Assembly: GCA_036172245.1 (NCBI GenBank)
Contig: JAYWIR010000010.1
Coordinates: 620,001-684,000, forward strand
Direction: 5' to 3'
Source of the DNA: Raillietiella orientalis
Lineage: Eukaryota
Length of the DNA stretch: 64,000 nt
In this document: positions 12,301 to 24,360 of the stretch, piece by piece
Layout of the letters: each line of letters opens with the position of its first letter
Numbering within the stretch: the stretch's first letter is position 1
Position numbers and translations under genes: made by a program
The notes under the pieces: model-generated
What the model saw: only the letters and a program-made list of their open reading frames with translations
Databases searched by the model: none
What the model was told of the DNA's origin: nothing

Positions 12301-15300
12301 TCAACGACAACCCGCCGGCCCTGCTGCCGACGTCGCCTGTCTTCGTCTCCGGAGGGTTGGGACGCCGTTTCATCACCCAGGTGATGTCAGGAAAGGGGAG
12401 GGGGAGGGAAGCAGTACGTCGGCAAACCGCGCCCCGCGCAGGTCGCCGCACTCGACCCCGACGAGGGCGCCAATGCTCGCCTGCGCTTCAACCTGCACCG
12501 GGTCTCGGGCGCCGGCGCCGGCCTCTTTCAGATCGACCCGGACACCGGCGTGCTGGAGGCCCTGGGCTACCTGAACGCCGGCGAGAGCTACGCCATCACC
12601 GTGCAGGTGAGAGAAGGCGGGGGAGAGCCCAAGGGACGCCCACGCGGGGGCCCGTCCGCCTCACAGGTCACGGACGGTGGTGGCCTGCACAGCCGCTCGA
12701 CCCTGCAGCTGCACGTCGTGCGCAACGCGAGCTCCGGCCAAGGAGCGCCATCGTTCCCCGCGCACATCCTCGACGCTAAGGTCAGCGAAGGTGCCGAGGT
12801 CAACTCCACCGTGGTGCTGCTCGACGTGAGTGCATCGACCCCCCCTCCCCGTCTATCTCCATGACCACCGCTGGGGCCTCCAGGCGAGAAACCCCGGCGA
12901 AGGAGAGGTGCTCTATGCCCTGCAGTCCGGGAACGAGGCGCAGCACTTCGGCCTGGAGGGACGCACTGGGCTGCTGTACGTGCGGTCCCGGCTGGACCGC
13001 GAGAGTCGCAGCCGCTACGCGCTGGTCGTCGTGGCGACCGGCCAATCGGGCGCCTCCGCCACGGCCACCGTCAGCATCGCCGTCACGGACGTCAACGACT
13101 GCAACCCGGAGTTCGTAGACCTCCCGTACTGCTTCCAGGTGCTCGAGGGAGTGGTCGACTCTTTCGTGGGCAGGGTCAAGGTGCGCGCGGATCACTCCAT
13201 CCACCCCATCCTCCTCCGCTCCCCTCTCAGGCGGTGGATGCGGATGCGGGAGCCAACGGTCAGGTATACTACTCGGCGCCCACGGATTCCGACTTCGCCG
13301 TGGACGCCCTCACGGGCGAGCTGCGCACGGCGCGCGCGCTCGACCGGGAGGACGGCCCGCCAATCCGGACAGTGGTCATCACCGCCAGGGACGGCGGCGC
13401 TCCCGTGCCGCGCATCGGCACCTGCACTGTCACCGTCGACGTGCTCGATGTCGAGGACGAGCTGCCCTTCTTCGCGCAGCGCCACCTCGAGGCAACGGCG
13501 CCGGAGAACCGCGTCGGCGTCTACGTGGCGTCCGCGGAGGTGAGCGCCCTCCCTTACCCCTGGGAGGACGGCTTTCCTTCCCCCTCTCTCCTTCAGGCCA
13601 CGGACCCCGACCTCGTCCCGTCCATCACCTACGTGCTGCGCTCCGGAGTCCCCCACTTCTCTGTCGACCCGGTCTCCGGCGAAGTGCGCACGTCCCGCCC
13701 CCTGGACTTCGAGAGGGAGAGCGTCCACGTGGTGGTCGTGGGCACCCTGGAGAACCCGTCGGACGCCGACAACGCCACGGCCGTTATCACGGTCCGCGTG
13801 CAGGTGGGGACAAGGGAGCCAGCACGGGAGGAGGGGGCTACTCCACGGGGGGCCGCGCCGCCTCTTTTCCAGGACGAGAACGACGTCGCGCCGACCTTCC
13901 TGGCAGCGTCCTTCCGCGTGCCGGAGGACGCGCCCGTGGGCGCCGCCCTGGGCAAGCTCTCGGCCACCGACGGAGACGGCACACCTCCAGGCAACTTGGT
14001 GAGACGGCGAGGCAACGCGGCGAGGAGCAGCAGCCCCCGCCCCCTTTTGCTTCCCAGGTCAACTACGAGGTCATCGGAAGAGGCAGGGCTGCCGAGCTCT
14101 TCGCAGTCCACAGAGAGACGGGGGAAGTGTCGGCGAAGCAGGACCTCCGCATCGACAGCGGCGAGCAGTACCTGGTACGGCTGCTGGGCGCGCACACATC
14201 AGGGTCCGCGGGGAAGGAAGGAAGGGGAGAGGGAAGGAAACGCAACCGGACGGGTGGGGTGGGGGAGAGGGAGGGTGGAATCCTCTTCTCCCCCTCCCCT
14301 CACGCCACTTCCTCATCTCCTCAAGATGGCGGTGCGTGCGTACGACCTCGGCGCGCCGTCCCTGAGCGCCACGGCCACGGTGACGATCCTCGTTGAGCGC
14401 CGCCGTCCCCCCGGCAGCTCTTCGCCTCCGCCGCCTCCCCCGAGTACCCCTCCGCAGGGCCCTTCCCTGGCCTTCGGCAACGCCGCTCAGGCAGTGCAGG
14501 TGTCCGAGGCGGCCGCCTCAGGCTCCCCCGTGGCCACGCTGAGGGTCTTCAGGACTCCCGAGGCGGAGGGCGTCCCATTCTCCTGCCACGTGGTCACCCC
14601 CCGGGACGGAGGTAAGCTGAGGGGGCGGGAACCCTCCCTCACCCCCTGTCTCGGAAGGCGCCCTCTTCTCGGCCTCTGTGACCTCCTCCGGGGACTGCGA
14701 GGTCCGGACAGGGTCGCCGCTCGACCGCGAACGCCAGTCGGAGCACAACGTCACGGTGGCACTGGTGGCGCCGGACCGGGGGATCTTGAGCACCGCCCAG
14801 GTTCGCCCAAGCTTTCCCCCTCCTTCACTCTTCGCCCTTGGGCCGCAGGTCCTCGTGCGGGTCGCCGACGAGAACGATCACGGCCCGCAGTTCGTCTTCT
14901 CCGGGCCGAACGGCAGGTGGAACCGCGCCCTCTACCTGCGGGCCGTGTCCGACGACGTGCGGCTGAGCTCTCCCGTCGTGCAGGTCCGGGCCGAGGACGC
15001 GGACAGCGGGCCCTACGGCCGCCTCTCCTACTCCTTCCTGCGCCCGACCAAGCACTTCGACATCGACGCCGACACGGGGGTTATCTCCGTGGCCAGGCCG
15101 CTGGGCAGCGTACCTCGGGAGGCGCTGCCCTTCAACCTAACCGTCCTATCGCGAGACAGCCCCGGAACCTCCCGCGGGTCCAGGTCCGCCTCCGCCATTG
15201 TCCTGGTGAGCACCGAACCCCTCTGAGCGGTCTTCAGGAGCTGACCTTCGTCCCCGCAGATCGACGTCATCAAGCCCGGGAACCGGCTCGTCCTGGAGGT

Positions 15301-18300
15301 CTCCGGCGCTCCCCTGGACGGCGTCCTAGACAGGAAGGACGAGCTTGTCCGCGTACTTGAGGACCACACCCGGTGCATCGTGGGCGTGGAGAAGATCGAA
15401 GAGAGCCGGGGCGCCCTTCCAAACGGCTCGGCGGGCGACCCCGGCCGCACCCTCGTCTGGCTGTACGTCATCGACCCCGTGACTTGCAAACTCTACGAGA
15501 GGGAGCACCCGGACCTGCAGAGGTGAGATCCCTGTGGGCGGCTCCTCCCTTCGCGCGTTTCCTTTCCCTACCCTTTCGCTTCCGCGGCACGCCGGAAGAT
15601 GGCACTGGCTCGCGACGCGAGCGTCCCAAGCCGTCGCGTGATTCCCTACCCCTGATCGAAGGAGGTCCTTTTGAAGAGGGTGAGCGTGAACGCCGGAGTC
15701 CACCACCCGCCCATTCCTCCGCTGTCCACCGTTTTCTCGGCTTCGTTTCTCGGGACGCCGGTAGGTGACAGCGTTCCAGAACGCGGGGGGGGGGGGACGC
15801 GCATCTTCGAGCCTCCTCGCCTTTGCCGCCACGGAAGGGAGAAGCGGAAGAGGTCGTTTCCACGAGGTCACGCGAGGTCACGGTCTCCCTCACCTTCCGG
15901 CCCAGCTCGCAGGAGAGTGTGTGGATGTGTGCAGGAAGCGCTTCGAGCCAGGAGCAAGGGTCATGGGGCGCGGCGGGGGGGAAGTGGAATCGGCGCTTAG
16001 GCCCCATCGGCTGGGGCAGAAAACACGACCTCGAGGGCAGGCTTTTCGGCACCGCTCCCAGGCGGTCGAGTGCACGTCAGCAGGAGCTTGTGGGCTCCCC
16101 GCAACATCCGCGCGACGGATGCCCGCAGACCTTTTCCTTCCTTCCTCCCTTCGCTCTTTCTTCTTTCCGCCGCCCTGGAGATAAAGCGCGCCCTGCCTGG
16201 AAAAGAGCGAAAGTGCGCGCGAGGCCGGAACCCCAGCTTCCCGGCGGCCGCTCCTTCCCTCCGATGGGATCGCTGATTGTGCTGCCGGACCGCGGAGCGC
16301 CGCTCTCCCCTCCCCCTTGCGGAGACGGCAGCGGGCTCCCGGGACAGTTCCCAGTCGACCTCGGGAGGACTCGGGAGTTCCCCACCGCGGAGGAGCGTCA
16401 AACAGGAGGATGTCTTTCAGCCTCTTCTTCCCGTGAGTACGCGGAAGCGATTCTTTTTGCGCTCCTGTGGCCCTGCAGGGGACGACACTGGGGGAGTCTG
16501 CGGGGAAAGCAGCGCCGTCGGCGTGGCGATCGAAGCGGGGAATCGACGCCACTGCTCCCCTCCTCAGGCGGACGGGGGGCAGGGAGCGCCTTTCCGGACG
16601 GTACGAGCCGCTACTCACTCTGATGCTTGCAAGTGGCGCCGCTGGCACCAGCTTCCCGGCAACCCTCCTCCTCCACCACCTCCGCGTTCTCGCAGCAGCA
16701 GCAGAGTCCTCGAGATGCTCTTTTCTACGCCGCCACCGTCGGCTTCGCCGTCATCGTGCTGCAAGTGACCCTTCGCCTCGCGAGGGCTGGTCACCATGGT
16801 TATGCGACGCTGCCCGAATCCCTCGTTGGGTCTTGCGGAGACCTGCTTGCAACTGGCGCTGCCGCTCGATGCGGAGAGGACGAGTCCTTTGAACGACCGC
16901 AGCCGCGTTTGGTGACTGAACCCCTCGGAGGAAAAAAAGGGCAAGGGGGTGTGGGGGAAGGCACGGTCCTCCGCCTCTCCTCGAACCGTTCTCGCAGACG
17001 GTCGCTTCCTCCGAGGAAGGCAAGCTTTCGCAGGTCTTCCGCTTCTCGTGCTCTCGAGCCTGCTTCCCTCTCGCGGCCTCCAAAGAAGCTTAGTCCTTTC
17101 TCCACGCGCCATGCGAGATGGCTCTGCCAGCTGGTTCTCCCGCCGAGACCGGAGGGTCGCTTCCAGGCCATTCTCGCGGCGGCTGCCTCCCGATGGAGGT
17201 GCGCGGCTGTTCCCTGGAGCGGAGTGGGACGCAGCACGCTCCTCCAGCGACAGTCCACCGACCCACCCACCCTGCCGGTTCCTCCCCACCGCGCGCTCAG
17301 CTTGCGGGCGCGCGCCGCATTGTCCCGAGCTCGCTCTTCCCCTGTGCGGACAGGCGGGTGGGCCGCATCTCCTTTCGTCCTCGAAGAACGTCCGGTGGCT
17401 ATCGCTCTCGCGAGGAGGGAAGGCGTCCGACGGGTAGCCCTCTCCGTTCTCCCGAGGGGGCGGAGACAGGTCGAGCTTCCCGGAGAGCGCAGGTCACCCG
17501 AGGTCGCGGTGAATCGCCGAGTTCCATGAAAAGAGCAGCTTCGTTGTCTTCTCACCATCCCCTTCCTCCTCTCCCCCCCATTACCCTAGCATGTGCTTGT
17601 CGAGGGCGTTCCTGCCTGCTCTCCTGACCCGGGCGTCTGAGCTCGTCCTCAGAGGTCGCGCTCGGGCTCACTAAGCCCCGCTCGGGAGGGGCCGAGCCGC
17701 CGTTGCTAGGAGCGCGGCCACGATGTTAGTTGCCATCGCCATCGACGCATGTTGGTGGTGCGTCGCTGAGACCTGCCTGCTCAGCCTTCGCAGCTGCCGG
17801 GCGGCAGCGCCCCCGCGGTCCAGCGTTCACCTTTTCTTCTCCTTCTACCCCCCTCCGCTCCACCCTCCAGGAAGCTGATCCGCCCGGACGCACAGTCCGA
17901 CCTGTTGTACTTCATCAACGGCAACCTGGGCATCCAGCCGTCACAGATCCGCGGCCCTCCGGAGTCCGCGGCGACCTTCCCCCCGAGGGCCGACTCCGGG
18001 GTCGACGGCCTGCAGGCCGCTCTCATCGCCCTGGCTTGTCTGATCGCCGTGTTGGGCATCCTCGGCATCGCCTACGTGTGCGTCCACTGGTCCAGGTGCG
18101 TGACCCCTGACCCCCCTTCCTTCACGCCTCCGGGGACGCGACCCCTTCCCACAAGGTACCGCGCCGAGAAGGACAGCAAGCCCCTGTTCGTGCTGCCCCA
18201 GTACGAGAACCTCTCTTCCTCCGCGGACCCAGCATCCTTGAAAGAGTACGAGACGCAGGTAGGAAGACGAAGGGACCCCACGCGGCAGGTCTTCTGTGCC

Positions 18301-18756
18301 CGAGGGGGCAGGTGCTGCAGATGAGCGTCCCCCTGGAGGACGGCGGTGATGCCTGGTCGGAGTTCGGCCGGAGGAAGCTACAGGCCGTCAGCCCGGATCA
18401 GGTGGGGTACATCACCAGGAAGCAGCTGAGCCAGATGAGGGGCGGCGGTGAGTCCTGAGCGCGCGCGCGCCGCCACCGCTGCCGCCCGGGGTGAGCGTCG
18501 ATGACACCACGCCGCACCGTAGGAGCGGCGGCAGACCTGGCGGACGGCGATCTGGAGAGGACGCTCCCGGCGCTGCAGCATCCGGGAGTGCTGAAGACGA
18601 ACCCCCTATACCAGAGGTCAGCTGCGTCCCGCGCGGGTCGGAGACGCGTGCGTGCGTTGCAGGCCGGAGCGAGGAGCCACCATGGCGAGCACCACCAACG
18701 CAAACGTCCTGTTCAGGGACTGCTACTCTACGACGGAGGCCAGCACCGAGCTGTGA
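3353..18756 (+). CDS. Cad99C: Cadherin-99C / protocadherin-15 orthologue: signal peptide, 11 EC repeats, membrane-adjacent domain, TM, cytoplasmic tail ending in PDZ-binding STEL; 1534 aa
   Basis: Hand-spliced join, all GT-AG with consistent phases, 4605 nt: 3353-3443, 9314-9376, 9619-9800, 10916-11041, 11095-11295, 11350-11499, 11571-11993, 12038-12175, 12231-12380, 12442-12606, 12667-12825, 12884-13180, 13231-13539, 13597-13803, 13873-13998, 14058-14174, 14326-14611, 14658-14800, 14849-15205, 15260-15522, 17871-18095, 18156-18258, 18312-18447, 18523-18616, 18663-18756. The N-terminus CDVETRQTVVILDVKES..PAELPI, the cadherin motifs (LDRD, DENDNAPQF, DADAGVNG, DVNDNPP), the TM ALIALACLIAVLGILGIAYVCV, the tail motif LKEYETQVLQMSV and the C-terminal STEL* match Cad99C as I recall it. 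The first exon (MLSKSQKSFAPTIIRMCIQLVLVAPRSRSD, phase-1 donor gtaagc) is the least certain. Confidence 0.93.
3796..3872. repeat. Short dispersed repeat, homologous to 5321-5385
   Basis: gccatgccgatcgcgcg..cgtggccgggcgtgttggaaag..ggggctggccaccgagagg versus gccatgctgatcgagcgcg..cgtggccgggcgtctcggaaag..ggggctggtcaccgagagg. Confidence 0.75.
4909..5261. repeat. Direct repeat, copy B (copy A at 2053-2407)
   Basis: Same alignment as copy A; the ORF track also shows near-identical peptides at 1976-2245 and 4857-5102. Confidence 0.95.
7320..7690. repeat. Degenerate (GAY)n trinucleotide low-complexity tract in Cad99C intron 1
   Basis: Runs of gat/gac/ggc/aac with shifts of register, ending in (GAG)n. 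Confidence 0.85.
8635..10535. repeat. Several polypyrimidine (CCT/CTT)n low-complexity tracts (about 8635-8745, 9385-9580, 10380-10535); another at about 23695-23850
   Basis: Directly visible C/T-only runs. Confidence 0.85.
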
Positions 18757-18856
18757 GCGAGCCCAGAAGCAGCAGTGGCGGCAGCGCCTGCGAAGGACAG
18801 CAGCTCTCTGCCTTTCGCTGGTCGCCTCCCCCCCCCTTTCCTCTCTCCCCCCTACC

Positions 18857-19500
18857 TCGTGCCCACTGGCATCACCGCCAAAGACCTCCCTCCCTCCCCT
18901 CCGGGAAGGCTGCAGCGTCTCTGCAAGAACGGAGGGACCGCTCGGAGCCGAGCGCGATGTGGAGGTCAAGCAGGAGGAGGAGAGGTGAACCCGCCCAGGA
19001 GCGAAGGACAGTCCACTCGAACCCGGACCGGCGGCGCCTCCCAGCGGAGACGCCGGCGCGACTCGCCGCCGCCGGCCGGCCTTCCCTAATGAACCTCGAT
19101 GGAAAACGCAGGAGATTTTTTTTTTTTTTTGACCCTGAGCGCGAGGGGGGAGGAGGGAAGGAACGCGCGGGTTGTCCGGGGTCCCTGCAGCGACCGGGAG
19201 CTCCCCGTTCGCGTTGCGCGCTTCCCGAGAAGGATCTGCCCCTCAGGGGAGTCGGCAGGTCGGACCGCTGCGGAGCACCTTCGGGCCGGTCCCGGGGGAC
19301 CAAGTGCCCATGCGTCTTCTCGGCGACTGCCTCTGCGTCGGGAAAGGCCGACGAACCACGCGCGGAGGTCGCGCACCGGCGGCGCAGACGAGTTCGCCTC
19401 GGAGGTCGAAGCTAGGCTGGCCACCCTTCGTGCCCACTGGCATCACTGCCGACAGATCTCCCTCCCTCCCCTCCGGGAAGGCTGCAGCGTTCGCAAGGAC
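18857..19500 (+). repeat. ~75-bp direct repeat pair (18857-18930 and 19428-19500) downstream of the Cad99C stop codon
   Basis: tcgtgcccactggcatcac..ctccctccctcccctccgggaaggctgcagcgt..gcaag is present twice. Confidence 0.9.
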
Positions 19501-21759
19501 CCAGTCGGTGTGGAGGAACGCTGCTCGCGCTGGGCTGGAGCGGCGTTCCCTCTTCAGTCTGCCAGGAGCGTTCGGCGCTGCCACCGCGCTAACATTGCCT
19601 CGCGTGCACCAGCGCGTACACACCCTCCCTCGCTCCGTACACTGCGCGCGCGCGCTGCCTCCCCCCCCCTCCTTCGGTGCGCTCAAATGTCGCCGCTCCG
19701 CGCCTGCGCGGCGGACGGAACTTTCCAGCCGGACCGCAGGAGGCAGCCGCTCCGGAGCGAAAACGCCCCCCCACGCGCAAGCGGGTGAGCGAAGGCATCC
19801 CCAGGAAACAGGAAATCTTGATCCAACTGTCCTTGTGCTTCCTCCGACGCACGGCATCTCCTCATCCATCTCTGGTTCACCTTCACGTCTCGGAACTCGA
19901 AAAGAGGACTCGCTCTTCGAGGTGTGTGGTCTCGTGCCGAAGAACGGAAGAACCCCCGTGTTCCGTCGAGACAAACAGCAGCAGCAGCAGCAGCCTCGAG
20001 GTGGCCAACATGTGAACATCTTGTGTTTTTTGTTGCTCTCTGTTTTTTGTTGTTGTTGTCGGGTGTTTCCTCCCTTCCTTCCTCTCCTTTTGGTGTGAGA
20101 CAGCGGGATCGGAATCGGCGGCGGGATTTTCCGATCCTCTCTCCCGTAGGATGCAGTGGAAGCCCTGCGCACATGCGAGGAGAACTTGGAGTGCGGGATT
20201 GAAAGAAGAAGAAAAAATGGCTTCCGCCCGGGAGGCCCAAACGGTTTTCCGGGGAACACCGCCGTGGGGATCGGCGCGCGGAAACGTACCCGGAGGAACC
20301 CGAAAGGGAAGACGAGGACGGGAACACACGCGAAGGGGAGGGAGAGGCAGCGAAGTCCCCGTTTGCTGAAGTTCGCTTTCTCTCGATCCCCTTTGTGGTC
20401 TCGAAAACCCGAGAGAAATTCCGTCGTTCCCTTTCAACGGAAAGGCCTCGTGACGTCAGAGATAACCGTTGCATCCGGCGGTCTCGCCGGCGAGAGCGAA
20501 CACCAAAAAAGCACACACGCAAAAAAGTGGCGCTCCACGCATGTGCTGCTCTCTGCCGGAGTCGCTGTGGGCGACGCGCCCTCCCGAGGACCGGACCCGG
20601 GGACGTTCGCGCGCCGCCGACGCCCCCCTGCTGTCTCCCGCCCATCCCCCGACGGAGAGATCGACATCCACCGTCGATAGAGCTGCGATCATCCGGGGCG
20701 GGGCGGTGGCGGGGTGTGTAAGGAGGGAAGAAGTCCTTCACGAGCCGCGAGCACTGCAGCTTTGGGGGACGTCCACTTTTTCCTTCGTAAGCATGGCGGG
20801 CCCTCGTACAGCGCGGAGGCTATGCACTCCCCGCGATACGAGCCCTGTGGGTTATGCTTGGAGAACGCGATAGTGTTCATGGAAAACACAAAATGCGTCT
20901 CTTGAAGCAGCGTAGCAGTAGAATAATCGTTATTTCGTTTTCAAGCAAAAATAAAAGGATCAAATTCAAAGTAGAAAGGCTTTTCGAGTTTGGGCAATTC
21001 AAAGAATTCTATAGTTTCAGCCTTACCATCCTTGTTGGAAGAAAAAAAAGGAATCCTCCTGAGCTATTTATTCGCAAAAACTCGAATAAGATAGGGTTCA
21101 ACCTATTATTCCTAAACCATCTATCCGTGTCCTTTTTAAAATCTTTTTACCGCCAGCAAAATCGGAATTTCATGCTCGGCATTGATGAGGGACGGATGCA
21201 CCGCGTTGTGTGAGGACCATCGCCACCCTTTCGTCGCGTAGCACGGAAGGGGGGTCTGTCAGCCGTGCTCCCCTCACTGATGGTCACACGCACACGGGGA
21301 GCTTCCCACGATTGCATCCCCACTCCGATCTGAAGGGACGAGAAAGTTGAGGGCTGCGCGCAGGAAGGGTTGACTGAAAGTGGCCGCAGCGCAGAGTCCA
21401 CGGTCCGGCCACTCCGAAGGCAGCGGTCCCGAGGAAGGAAAACGTTGGCGGGCGCGCACCCGGAAACGAGCGGAGCCGTTCGGAGGTTTCCCCAGAGGCG
21501 CTTGCGCCAGAGCGTCGGTTCTTGACCGCTGCCGACGCTGCTGCAAACCAGCCGCCACGATCGGATGCCTCCAACGTTCCGGCAGGTCGGAAGACGTTCG
21601 CGCCCACCTGCCACCACGGCCCCTGAAACCGCGAGCGTCGAACGGGGGGGCTGGGAAGGGGGTGGAACGGGTGCTGCCGTGCAGATGATGCACCCACCTC
21701 GACCACCCCTCGAGAAGAAACCGCGTGCCAAGAAAGCGACTCGCCTTCGACGTTTTCAC

Positions 21760-23510
21760 CCGGTCAAGCCGGGGCGTTTATTGACAAACTTTCAGAAGTT
21801 GCGGTACAAGGCCCCGCTGCGGCCAATAGTTCTCTGGAGATGTCGGGTGGTCGGTGCGTGGACCGACTTGTCACTCCACGGCAACGGATGGGGTTGAGGA
21901 AAAAACGAAAATAATAAAAAAAAAAAAACAAAAAGTACAAACACTTGTCAATTGAAGGGCCGGGAAGGGATCACTGCCCGTTGCGTGGAGCTTCCATCCT
22001 TTGCAGGATGCCGACGAGGTCCTGGTACAGATTTCCCAGTTGGAGCCATCGGGATGCTATCCGCAGAAAGCGAGCAGCAAACTCCATGGCGTCCCTTCCG
22101 TTAACATCCTCTGCTTCGTCGGATCCACTCCAAGCCGCCACAATACCGCGAACTCAGCAGAGAGCTGCGATTACAGCAGCTGGCTGCAGGGCGTCCCGCA
22201 CGAAGAGGAGCCGAAAAACGTCTCTGGGAAGGCTACCTTCCAGGATCCCTAAGGTGGAACCGAAACGTTCCTATAGGGGCCGGAGGGCTGCACAGTCAAT
22301 TAGAAGGTGCGGGAGGGTTTCCCGCTCCCCACACCGGGCACAGTTTGGGTTTACACTTCCCCGTGTCCAGTGATGACGGCGTGCATTGCAGGGGAGTCCC
22401 CAGTGCAACAGCATAAGCGCCGACTCCTGCCATTTTAGGGGAAGGATCCTTGTTTCAGTTATTACTGGGGGCCACTTCAGGTCATCATTCGTGATGCCGA
22501 GCAGCTCGCCCTATTTTTTCAGTCCCTGCGGAAGGACGCTATGGGTTGTGGCGTCCGCCAGCTGTCCCATTGTCCAACCGCTCAACAATTTTTCGCTGCC
22601 TGGGATACGGCAAGAGACTTGCCACCTCGGCGTCCGGCTGCTGACGATTGCCCTACGTAGGAAGGGTAGCACCGTCGCCAGGCAGGTCGTCTCTGCCCAC
22701 GTGCTTCTGGCTGGACGCTCCAGGATCTCGCGTAGAGTGCAGCGGGCGTATCGGCCGCGTCGCAGGCTATTCCACCTCTCGTGGCTCCTCTGATTCACTA
22801 CCGCCCACGTGCCAACTGTTTCATCCAGCCATGCGCTGGAGTTGACGGGGCTGCAGATCATCCACCCATCCTCCTTTGCAGGGGTGGCTATTCTTCCGAG
22901 GAGAAGGCCGCATCTTCTTATCTTCCTTCCAAGAGATAAAAGATGAGATGCAAGTCCCCCTGTTTCGGATACACGTCTGGCGAGGAGGCGGGCAGGAACA
23001 CACCAGGGGGTGCTCCATAGCTTGGCTGCGATGGCCAAGGTTCTCCATCGTAGCTGAATTTCCATGCGCTCCAGTGTCAGGAGGCCTAGACCACCATCAT
23101 GACGCGGAGCGCACAAGTCCTTCAAAGGGACTCGGGGCCTCCCCTTGCCCCAAAGGGCGATGCGCAGGAGGTCCTTTGTCCTCTTTTTTATTTTCTTTGG
23201 CTACGGGTCAACAGGGCAAAATCGTCGATGGTGGCCGTTGGAGCGACGTGGGTAGGACGGCCTGACTGGATCCGCCTGGGGATCCCGACGGGCACACATC
23301 TGAAGTACCTTGGCGTTCCGCTGGGGGACTTCTGCCCGTCAGAAGCATGGTCAGGCCGTCTTCAGAAAGTGGATTTGGCGATCTGCCCGTTCCTGGAGGG
23401 CAAGTTCCACTTGCCGGAACGGGCAGCAGTATGGAACGCTTTTGCGGCCCCCATCCTTCGCCCCCTTTCAAGTGTGCTCCACGCCTTCGACGTGGAGCAC
23501 ACTTGAAATC
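21760..23510 (-). mobile_element. L1/Tx1-clade non-LTR retrotransposon ORF2 3' remnant with an internally inverted RT segment
   Basis: Minus strand from ~23175 to 21970 reads LLRIALWGKGRPRVPLKDLCAPRHDGGLGL ... LLHWGLPCN..NPNCARCGERETLPHLLIDC (zf-RVT CCHC) with in-frame stops, followed by a T-rich 3'UTR and AATAAA at 21782-21777. Plus strand 23200-23490 reads LRVNRAKS..HLKYLGVPL..RAAVWNAFAAPIL (end of RT). Confidence 0.85.
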
Positions 23511-23899
23511 GGAGCTCGCGATGCGTTTCCGAGTCGTAGGGGCCCCACTGGGTCCTTCCCCGATGCATTTCTGTTGCGTACTCCATGCATTCACAGGGTT
23601 CCCACAATCGCGAGCGAGTGTTACCATGCTCGCTGCACTTGATGGAAGTCCGCGACACTTCCTCCCCGTAGGACCAGGAAAGATTCATCGGCGCCTTCTT
23701 CTTCCTCCTCTTCTTCTTCTGCTTCTTCCGCGTCTTTTTCTTTTTCTCCTCCTTTGTCCTCCTCCCCCTCTTCTACGTTTTTTTATTCCTTGTCTTTTTT
23801 TTTTTATTCTTTTTCCTCCTCCTCCTCCTCTTCTTCCCCTTCTTTTCTTGAGAAGGTTGGGAACGCTCTCGGCAGCTGCTTTTCGTTCGTGTTGCTGCT

Positions 23900-24360
23900 T
23901 TGGATCCTGAAGGGTTTCGCACATTTATCAGCTGAAGAAGGCTTCCGAGCAGCCCTAGTCGTAACGCCGTGGATGGAATGGGCAGTCGGTGTGGGGGGAG
24001 GTATTTGCAGTCATCAGCAATTCAAAGGCAAGAAGTGGCAGAGTTGATGGATGAGGCAGTCGAGGATTTGATGGACCGTCGCGCAGACCATTTTCAAAAG
24101 GATGCCCCAAGGACCGAACAGAGAATTCGAGGCCGGCAGTTTACAAACTTTTGCATTCCTCGCAGGGAGACTGCGTGCATCACTGTGGGCTTTTCATGCA
24201 ACCATTTGGGAGGTCTGCAAGGCTCAATGCAAGCGTCTTGGGTTTTTCTTGCTTGCGTGTACAAAATTGATGAATGCAAAGTCCGCGGTCGCTATGAGGG
24301 ATTTCCTCTCCACGTGCACGGAGGTTCATTTTAAGTAAAATGAAAAAAAAAAAAAAAAAA
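23900..24360 (+). mobile_element. Probable LINE 3' end fragment with poly(A) tail
   Basis: Degenerate frame ending LWAFHATIWEVCKAQCKRL..EVHFK* followed by an A-run at 24343-24360. Weak motif similarity only. Confidence 0.35.

Noticed and set aside
13234..15360. 708-aa ORF as a standalone gene
   Set aside because: It is a read-through of several Cad99C exons and 3n introns that drifts in and out of frame.
16690..16790. Alternative transmembrane exon of Cad99C (ALFYAATVGFAVIVLQV)
   Set aside because: The available CAG acceptors are phase 0, but the upstream donor at 15522 is phase 2.
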